Below are positions 13,633 to 24,000 of a stretch of DNA of 64,000 nt, piece after piece. The stretch is from assembly GCA_964187785.1 (NCBI GenBank), contig OZ076409.1, positions 92,816,001 to 92,880,000 on the forward strand, given 5' to 3'. This DNA is from Amphiscolops sp. MND2022. Its lineage: Eukaryota. The number at the start of each line of letters is the position of its first letter. The stretch's first letter is position 1. The notes beneath the pieces were generated by a model. That model was not told where the DNA came from, did not search any database, and worked only from the letters and a program-made list of their open reading frames with translations. A program made the position numbers and the translations under genes.

Positions 13633-16600
13633 ATGTCAGACATTCATTCAGTCTACTCCTTACCAGATACCGAGGTCACAGAAAGTAAGTGCACTAGTTT
13701 TTCTTTTCTTCACAAACGGGTTAGGGACAAACTAGGTACTGAAAATACGTCTTGCCTTAGCTGACTCAGTCCATTCTGTTGGCATCGTATCTGAGTTGAC
13801 GACGCTTCAAACTGTGCCGCCGCAAGAGACTCCAATAGCCCAACCAGCTATCGCTGAGCCTCAGGTTGACCCTGGTAGTCAGCCTAATCAAGAGTTCAAT
13901 GTCCCGTATCTTCCGCAGTGTAAGTATTATCCTTCCGGCCTTCAGTTCAGTCTTCGAATCCCTCATATCTCATCCTTACTTCGTCCAGTAGCTTACTCCT
14001 TTTCGTTCGGTGTTTCAGACCACTACCCTTGGTATGCTTCCCTGGGCAGCATCACCTTCGGGTGGTATGATCGCCACATGCGGGACAGGCTGCGGGACAG
14101 CATCCAGCAGTACAGTGAGTTTGTCAATTTTCTTTTCACTCCTCTAGGCTATCGTCCGAACACTCCGATGTGATTCCGATGTAAACATCTCATCTGCATG
14201 TAGTGTCCTTTGCGGTCGATTATCCATGTAATTCATTTTTTAAGATGAATTTAGGATGTGTCATGAACATTCACAGCTCTTCATGACTGACTCGCTGTAA
14301 ATCCCATTTTTTGAAGATGAGTTTTGGATGTATTCTTCTCCGGTTTTCTTTCTTCGCGCGGCGTACGCGCTCTTTCTTCTCTAATCGTCGTCGTCCAGTA
14401 ACTGTTTCTTCTTTCAGGCCCCACACCGATTCACGCGCCGAGGCCTCGGCCCATCACCTATTCCATTGGAATAGGGACTAGTGATCACCAGGCTGAGAAC
14501 ATTGATGCTAGTACTCAGGGAGGGCCTCCTCAACTTGACTTGTCCTCGTTCCTTCAGGACTTGTCATTCGGGAGTGTAAGTTCTCCTGTCAGGCAGGCAC
14601 CAGTGTCTGTACTGTCGCCAGTGCTGAGGGGTTCTTTTGCCGCTAGTAGTCCTCCTCCTGCTCGCATCACTCTCGACGCTGCTGTGAATGCTGTTGTCGA
14701 TTGCGTGGATGCAGTCATCGATGCCGTTGTCGATACCTCTGATCGCGCAGTCCAGGCCGTTGTGGAAGTCAGTGAGTCCTCCACCTTCCATGATCCTCCT
14801 GTTGAGGAACCTGTCATCGTTGCCTCTTCTTCTGTTCCTGCCCTTTCAGTCAGCGGCACTGATACAGTTGGTGATGCTTCCGTGAATACCGCCGGCGGTG
14901 CTGAGACCCTACTTGAAGTCCCTGGTGACTTCTCGTCCGACAACCTTCTGCCTGCTGAACCTGACCGAGAATCTGCCTCTCCCAGTGCTGCTCTCATGTC
15001 GACCGTGGCTTCTCCCATGGGACCCAGTCTACTGGATAGTGATGACGAACCAATCGCGTCCCGTCTGCCAGGTTAACTAAACAGCTTTAAACTGGTGAAG
15101 TATCTGATCAGTAGATTTTTCATTCATTTCCTTCTTCGCTTTTGCTTTCACTAACATTTTTCACGTTTTTCTTCTTTTCTATCCATTTTTCATCGTTCTT
15201 CTGTTTTCACTATATGGTTTTCTGCAGTTTTTCCATTTTTCCATCACATTCTCATCGTCAAAAGTCGTTGAACATTAGTTTTCGTTCTCTAGTCCTTTTT
15301 AGAAATTTCATCTCTTTTACATCTTTAAAATTTTCTCTTTTCGGTTTTCGCTATTTGTCGGTGTTTTCTTTTCAGTTTTCATCTCTTTTTCATCGTTAAG
15401 TTGTTTTCGCTCTAAAATATCTCAATTTTTGGTTCAAAGTCGTTCTATTTATCTCTTTTCCATCGTTCAAGTTTTTCATTCTTTAAGGTTTCCATTTTTC
15501 ATTCTGGTGGTGTGCAAAAATCATCTCTTTTTCATCTTTTCGTTTTCTTCGTTTTTCGCTTATATTTCCTGATGAAAATATTATTTTACATCATTTTTTC
15601 ATCACTCCGGGTGACTTTTTGGGAGTTTGCGGTGGTTTTTCATTTTTCAGTTTTTAAAGATTATTTTAAGATGATCTTGGAATTTTGTGGGAACGTGGTC
15701 GTTTTTAGTGGATGTGCTATGTGTTGGCATGTGATTATTTCTGTTTGTAGGGCGAAAAGTGATCAAGTCATGGTGGTTTTCTCATGAATACTGTGGGCTT
15801 GCACTGGGCTATGCACGAAGTCATCAATCGCGGCTATCATTCGTTCGATGTTTACTGTGCAAGCGTGATATCAATGTTGGCAGCCGTGGTATCACTACTT
15901 TCATGGAGCATTGTCGTGGGCTCCGTCACCATCGTTTGGACTGCCTGATTCGTTTGTTTCGGGATTTACCGTTGCGGCGACGCGACGGGTCATTGATGAG
16001 TAATGAAGAGAGTGTGGAGTGTAGGAGCAGCCTGGGCGGTGCAATGGTGCCGTTCATTGAGACGTGCCCCTCCTTTAGTGTACTGGAGGTGTTTGAGTTG
16101 GAAGCAGCTGGACGACCTGTGTGGGGGGACGAGGAGGAAGAGGATCTATTGTGTGAAAAGACCGTGCATCTGTTCGTGTGCCTGGTTATTGACGCAATCT
16201 ATCGTGGGTGTCAGTTCGCCAGCGTAACGAGTTTGTGGGAGGTGATGGTTGCGTCAGAGCCGCAACATGCCTCTCTTTTCGGTGTTACTTGCGAAGTGAA
16301 TGACGTGATGGTAATTCGTATTTCCTTTTGTTTTTTTGTTTCATGAATGTTCATGTGGATGGAAAAAAAAATACATTTAGTGGGTGGTTTTCCATAGGTA
16401 GTTTTGAAGCTTGTGTAGGGGTGATTTTCAACTATTAATTGTGTCGGGTTATTTTTAAGCGGATCGTGAATTAATGTATAGTAAAGTTGATGTTTGTTTT
16501 TAGAGTGTGGTTCTACTGAGTTTGTGGCCGTACGCGATGAAGAGGCTAATCACTCTGTGGTCTAACTGTGGGTTCACTAGCTTTCATGTGGCTGTTGGGC

Positions 16601-18419
16601 AGGGGCGCGTGACTGGCACGGTCACAATGTGTTCTCTAGAAGGGATCAGTCAGTACTGTGTCTTCAGTTTTTGTCTGTCTGAGGATTGGGAAAAACGAGT
16701 TGTCACGTGGATGATTAACATGTGGTGTTGTTTGCTTGGAGAACCTGTTCCACTTGGACTGTGTTGCGATGCGTTGCCACAGCTGGGTGGACTGTTCCAA
16801 GCCGCCACTGGCGTTGGGTCACTGGAGTTGAAGACGCTGTCATTGTGTGAAATCAGTCGGACAATTGTGGACGTGGGAGGGCGGGCGCTCGGCGGGACTG
16901 ATATTCACGTGGTGCTGAATCATCTGCAGAAGAGACTGAAAGGATATGTCAGGGATCCTCTGTTGTTGAGCTGCCCTCATCTGTTGCAGGTCGGTGTATT
17001 CTTCCGCTTTTATTTGAGTGTTACTATGAGTTGTACTCTTTGTCTGTTTCTGTTGTTTGTATATTGGTAGTAGTTTGTATTGTAATTTTTGTTTTATCTA
17101 TGTGGAGCTTGTTATGTTTTGTTTAGGCTATTTTATCCGGGGAAGTCTACGTGTGGACTCTTGCTGATGTGTGCGATGAATTACGTGCCAATTGGGCAGA
17201 AGTGCTGTGTCTAGTTCGATTCGCTTCGGGAGACGGGCCAGTAGATGCGTTGGATCTTACCTTGAGGGTGGAGTTTGGGATCCCAATCAGGCTCCGGGCA
17301 CTTAGTATGGTCTATCGTGCTTGTTAGTATGTTGTATACTTACCGGGTGGGAAGTTTCTGTAGTTGGCCGTTTTTACGTATTCGAGTGTTTAATCAATTC
17401 GCATTTTTCGGGAAGGGAACGGGGGGGGGGGTTTAGTCCGATTATTTACTGTGTATAGAATTGTTGTGTTTTTCATTTCAGTAGTGACGTCGTACGAAAA
17501 GAGTTTCGGGTCTTCATCATTGCGGAGTTGCTACTGGGCGATCGAGAGTGCATTGTTTGTGAAACGCCTGCTGACTCTACTGGTTGACGAAGAGAGCCTG
17601 CCCACTGATCTGGATATCCGTGGGTGGTTGTTTGTGGATGTAGACAGTTATGTTGTGTCAGCGACTAAGTTACAAGCCCTTATCGCGAGTTTCAGCTCGG
17701 ATGAGAATTTGACGGAAGATGTGGCTGTGTATGAAGAGGATGTGTCGCGAGTGCCTAATTTCTTATTGTCTATCGTCAAGAACGTATTATTGCTACCAGG
17801 GATTCGTGACGATCTGGCTTTCGTGCGAAGTGTCTTTTGTTCACCCAGACTGGTTTGTGTGGCGGAAACTGATCTTGTGGCGGAAATTCGCAATTTTACT
17901 GGTTTACTTGTGGAAATGGGGCGGATCAGTTTAGTCGAACAGGATCGAATGGAGCTCGGATTTCTGGAATTCATAAGGGCTTTTCGGTGCGAGCCTAGGC
18001 CAGCTGGGGCGACTGCCGAGTATTCAGCCGTTGATCTGTTGCGTTGCTGTTCCAGTCGCGGGTCACAGAGTCTGTTACAACTTGTCTTTTGCCTGGGAGG
18101 GGTGGTGCAGAGCACTTGCAATACCATATGCGAAGGGATCGGGCACCTGCCGAGCGATGTCATGAGCTGTGTATGTGCAGTAATCTCTAGTTATTTGTCT
18201 GCTAATCATGTGCGAAGTTACGGTAGTGTCAGTGGGCCACTGATGGAAGAAGTGATGGAGTCGCACAGAAGGCTCGTCGATCTATCAGAGATTACAGAGG
18301 GCATGTTGTGGGACGACGTCGGTATCGTGGCTGGGGAAGATTATCGTCTCCAGTTATATGCTAGTCTTGGTTACGATGTGACCGGGGAGCGGGCTGCCAG
18401 TCCCGAGATTGGAAACTGA
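13633..18419 (+). CDS. Antisense 8-exon cargo gene of element A; ~1046-aa protein with low-complexity N-terminus, C2H2 zinc finger and hAT-transposase-like body
   Basis: Exons 13633-13684, 13761-13919, 14019-14114, 14418-15071, 15751-16310, 16504-16989, 17127-17322, 17482-18419. All introns are GT-AG with compatible phases, giving 3141 nt and an open frame. Finger CLLCKRDINVGSRGITTFMEHCRGLRH. AATAAA at 18520. Homologous to 36363-40300. Confidence 0.82.
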
Positions 18420-21041
18420 CTTATTAACTGTTTATGTTGTTCATTGTTTTGCTATATAATTTGTTGTATTTACATATTAGTGTAGTTATTCATATGTTGG
18501 GAGACCCATGAAAAAGGTCAATAAATGGAAAGCACAGTAATGACCATAGTGAGAATGATACAAATCCAGATGCTACGGCGGAAAGATCGGTAGTAGTGTG
18601 TTTACAACATTAGTTATTTTGGTGCCCAACAGCTGTTTTTCTTTTGAGTTGTTAGAGATAGTTACAGAGGATATTAAGTACGTGTAAATCAACAAGTTCG
18701 TCCAACAGTTCACTTGAAGCATTGTCTTCGGTATTTTTGTATCATAGATCATCGGTCGCGCGTCGCTTTTATGGTGTTCATCGTTATTACATCTCGTGGT
18801 AGTGTAAGTAACTCGTCAGCGTTTGATCTTTGATTTTTCATCTCATTTTCATCACGTTTTCCTTGGTCGACCAAGCGACGTCGTGAAAACTGTTTTTTGT
18901 CATTGTTTTTACATCTTTCGGTGCGTCAGAAACATTGCGTGTTGTTACATGTGGTTTTTCTACGTATTTCATCATTTTTTCATCTTGCGTTTGATTTGAG
19001 CACTTTCGTGCGTTATTTGCTATAGTTCATCGTTTTTGCATCGCAAGTTTGTCTTGTTCAGTTTCTGCTCACTTTGCTGTATAGTTCATCTTCTTTTCAT
19101 CGTGCGTTTGAAATGTACGGACTTTTGCGTGTTTTCGATGTTATTTGGCTATAACGTAAGCGGGGGTTGCATTTTTCATGTCCGGAGGAAATTTTTATTA
19201 ATATTGCGGTGTTTCGGATTGTTTTCTTCATGTATTTTAGCGTTATACGGTTATAACCATTTGTCGTGTTTTTGAATTTGGATGAACTTTATGGTATATG
19301 TGTTTTAATCATCGTCGTCATGTTTCTAATTTGTCAACTTCGGAACAGCATTGCATGTATTTTTAGTTCGAATTCTGGTGACCGCCGCTTGCGTGGCAGT
19401 CGAAAATAAGTTCACTCAGCAGTGGTACTGATAGCCTGTAGGCGTGCAAGGTACTAGTGGCTTCAGTCCAGCGCTGGGTGAGTGGAGCTGCTCCGCTCCT
19501 TTCAGATAAATGGAATCTCGTAGTTTCGGGCTATATATAGTCTATATGTCATTTTTTCGGTCGGTTGTTTGCCATTATTCGTCGAAATGGGTTTGTCCAT
19601 TTGACGGTCAGTCCGATCAATCAATGTGATTGACATCTACGGTTATGCATGTGTCCAGTTTTAGACTATCTGTTTCTTGTATTTGCATGGATGGATTGTT
19701 ACATGATGTGCTCTTTTAAATGGGTTGCCCCATTATTGACATGTCGTTATATGTTCGGTGTTAGTTTCATGTTTTTTGATTTTATTTTCGTTCATTTGGA
19801 CAGGGCTTTGTCGTCACAAAGCCCCTACAAAACTAACTGAGAATCCACTAGCCGCTGGATAACCAACGCAGCAAGCTTCATCCGAATATGGTTGTGAGCT
19901 CCCCGCCTCAACTAACCAGCACTCTTTTCAGAGAAATGCCAGCCAGCACGAAGGAATGGTTTTAGCTTTTCGATAGGGGTGTTTTGCATGTTGTGATCTG
20001 ATGTTTACTGGGGGGTGCTCACTCCTTTATTAGTTTTGTAGGTGTTTCGTCAGTTCTTATATTTTGCATGTAAGTTAGTAGACTTGATGTATTTTCGATC
20101 GTTTGTTTCATTTTTATTCGTCTAGGTTCGGATGGTTTTGGTGTGAATTGCATATATTATCTCATTCATTTTTGAACGGTACATGTATATTTCCGTGTGT
20201 TGCTCATTTGTATTGCATGTAGTTTGGAATTGTTAATTGCTTTCGTGACGTCGTTGATTTGGCAGGTCTTTGAACTTTACATGTATTGATCATTTCATTT
20301 TTGTGTCGCATAATTTCGTTGCATGATTCGAAATAAGGTCGGTTGTTTTTTATCGTTTCGTGGAGTTACATGTTGTTTGCGAATTAGCTGATTTATTGTG
20401 ATGTTATGTTGATGGTGTTTCCCATCACAAAGAGGTGTTGGTAAGTCATTTAATATTTTCGAATTTCCATTTAGACTAAATTCATCGTTTTGACATCCTC
20501 CAGCGAAGCTAGAGTATTGTGTCAGGTTAACGATAAATTCGGTCGCGATTTGATGGTAGTGTCCATCACAAGTTCATCTCGTTAATTGATTTCATGTAAT
20601 TTTTGAAGAATTGGATCGAGTTCATCGCTATTTCATCCTCTGGCCGAGCTAGAGTCTTGTAATAGCATGAACGTGGGTGCCCTTGCATTCTGATGGTATT
20701 TTCCATCTCAAATGCATCGCTAGTAAATATTGCATGTTGATTGGTCGATTTTTTGGCTGAGTTCATCACTTTTTCATCTCTCGTGTGTCTGAGCTAAATT
20801 TTCGTGTGGTTTCATCCTTTTTTCATCTCAAATTTTTGTGTGTTGTGTTTTCTGGTTTTTGATCGTTTTTCATCCGTTTTACATCTCGTTTTGTTTGTAT
20901 GCGGTTTTCATGTGATTTTTAGTAACTTTTCATCCATTTTACATCTTCATGTACTTTTTAAGTTAAAATTGCATGTAATTCGTTCGTTTTGTGATTTGTT
21001 CATCCGTAATACATCTCAGATTTAAAATGAGACTTTCTTGG

Positions 21042-24000
21042 CTAAATGGTTACGTCTATTTTGTTGGTCTTTCTCAGTGCGTTTCTAGCTGAAGTAATCT
21101 CATGAATGAGGAAGTCTGGATACGTTTTCGGTGTAGGGTTCTCACGTAACCTGTACCTACTTTGATTTGATCTAGACGGTCTAGAACTCATCCTTTCTTC
21201 ATCATCATTTTGCGTGTTTGTCTGTTGTGACTGATTTTCGTGTTGTTCGTCTCTCAGAGGTACTCTTATCCTACTGTCATCGCGGGGAGGCGGTAGAATA
21301 ATTTCTTCTCGCGTTCCAAATCTAACTGTAGGTGGTCTAAAGTTGTTGTGATCAGTTTCTACTTGCTGATAGTCTATTCTCGTGGTTATTTCTGGTGGAA
21401 TTACTTGTGGAGTGTGTTGTTCTTGTACCCGAGGAATTGTTTCTTCTGAAGGCTCTTCTTCAACCAAGTCTTGATCTAGATTGTCATTTTCAGTCTGATC
21501 TATCTCGTCGGTCGTCGGAATATTCGAGTCGAAAATGCCCGTGTCTTCAACCCTTTCGGTGTCTGGGTAGAGATGTTTGGACACGTTGATGTCGTCAATC
21601 GGAAATTCCGGTTTGAACAATCTCAGTCGCATGCGGTGTACGCACTGAGTTTGGTGTGTGCCTACTTTGCGGATGATGTAGTTGCTATCGGATAGCACTT
21701 TAATCACCTTGTACGGTCCTTTCCAATGGAAAGTTTTAAACTCTTCTTTGCTTCTCTGAGAGTCGTACTTAGGGTCTAGTAGGAACACAAATTCATTCAC
21801 CTTCAGTGGCTGTGCTCGTGCTTTTCTATCATAGTACGTTTTGTACTTGTGATAGGCGGAAATGATGTTATCTAGATTGTCTCTGAAGATAAAATTCATT
21901 TTGTCTAGAATTTCGTTCACGTCCTTGCACTTTGTTTCAGCCGGTTTGTTTGCGTTTCGGAATTGCAGATCTAGTGAGTTGTATGGTGTTCTTCCGTGGA
22001 AAATTTCAGTTGGTGAACATTTCAGTGTATCATGATACGTTGTGTTATGGGCCATGATTGCTATGTCGACATAGCGGTCCCATTGTGGTCTGTCTGCGTT
22101 TACACTAATCTTAAGGATCTTTTTCAGTTTCGCGTGCGTTCTCTCCACCATGCCTATTGTCTGCGCGTGCTTTATCGTGGCATGGGAGATGTGAATATCA
22201 GCCGCTTTCGCGATTTCAGACAGAAGTTCAGCCGTGAACGCCGTGCCTTTGTCGGTCAGAATGTGTTTGGGCACATACGCGTGTTTTGTGAAGATCGACA
22301 GTAGTCCTCTGACTACGGAATGTGTGTCAGGTCTCTTCAGCGGAACGGCGAACAGGTAGCGCGAAAAAACGTCAACAGCCGTCAGGATGTGTGTAAAACC
22401 GTTCGATGCCGGGAGTGGACCAACGATGTCTATTTCCAGCAGGTCTTCTGGTCCGTCGCACGGGTCGTAGATTTTTTGTAACGGTGGACGTAGTTGCGTT
22501 TCTTTTACAGTTTTAGACTTCATGCAGTTTTCACATCCGTCAAGGACTTTTTGAACTTTACAGGCTAAGTTAGGAGAGTAATATCTTTTACGAAGTTCAT
22601 ACAACATTTTCTTTAAACCAGGGTGTCCTTGTACCGGGCTGTTATGTAGAGTCCTAATTATTTTCAAAATACAGTCTTCAGGAACGACTAACTGCTTATG
22701 AGACTCTAGTCCCGTGTGATCAAAAAACTGTCTGTACAAGACACCGTTTACAACTTGTAGGCGTTTTCGATTTTTGTACAACTTTTGAAAAAACTGGTCT
22801 TGCATGTTAACTGGGTGTTGCAAAATTTCAGTACCTTCTAAAAATCTAATCATTTTTTGGATAACCCAGTTATTTTTCTGGACCTGAATTAGATCGATCC
22901 CCTCGGCGGGGCTAACCTGACTCATTACCGGGTGTGATAATGATACTTTACGGATGAATTGCGAGAGTTGAATCGGCTCGTCCACGTCTGTGAGGCGGTA
23001 CGTCAGATGGTTGTCAGTCGCGAAGTCATCTGAGGCCGCAGTTCTCTCACAGTTGGTGAACTTCATCCCTTTCCCATCGTCATGAGCCACGTCAGTGCCA
23101 GTTGCCAATTTCATCTCTTTGACATCCTTCTGGCGTTTGCATCTGAGTGGTTCGCTCGCGGGGAAGTAATCAGGCTCGTCTTCCTCCTGTTTTGGTGTAC
23201 GGGAGGCGATGTCGATCTCGATCCTGTGAATTGGAATAGTATCAGTCAATTTTAAATGTACACGGTCTTCAGGTCTAATCTCAAGGCGAGATAAGTAATC
23301 CGCTGCGGGATTTTCAACTCCTGGAACATGTGCTAATAGAAAATTGAACTGAAGGGTTTGATCGCAAAAATTCCAAAGTGAAGGCGGGATATGCTTCGCC
23401 TGGAAAAATCTAGTCAAGGCCTTATTGTCAGTCATAACAATGATGGGTTTTTTCGCACCCCACAAAATGTGGCCAAATTCATCGAAGGCAAAGTGCATAG
23501 CTAGAAACTCTTTGGCATACATTGTTAGAGACATCTGGCCGCCCTGAAATTTCTTAGAGCCAAATGCAACAGGGGCGTATGTATGTTTGACTGACGGGTC
23601 TGCATAATCCTCGATTAACAACACATAGCCTGCAGCGTGTTCGCTGGCGTCACACATGATTACCAGTTGTTTATCTGGTAATGGCAATTTCAGAGACACC
23701 TTTGTTGCTTTTAACAAACTTTCATTAATTTCAAAAATAGTATCTTTGTGTTGTTGGTTCAGCTTGAAAGGGACGTCTTTCTTGATGAGTTCCTGTAAAC
23801 AACAAGTTTTATCAGCTAGACGGGGAATGTAAGACCTGTAAAAGTTCACAAAACCAAGATAACGTTGCAACGCTTTCACTGAATTGGGGGGTTTCAACTT
23901 CGTTAAATAGTCTGTTACGCGTTTTTCAATGGGAGCAATACCAGTGCTAGAAATGGTTTTTCCCAAGTACTCAATTTGTTTTTGTCCAAATTCACATTTA

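Noticed and set aside
15142..15787. Phe-rich ORFs (also 19036-19275, 20804-21025)
   Set aside because: Artefacts of T-rich intron or spacer DNA carrying the CATC arrays.
13633..18419. Cargo as an independent nested DNA transposon insertion
   Set aside because: No TIR/TSD seen, catalytic motifs appear lost, and a homolog sits at the same position and orientation in a second family.
12495..21041. env gene in the post-pol region
   Set aside because: No long sense ORF with a signal peptide or transmembrane anchor in A or B; the coding capacity is antisense.
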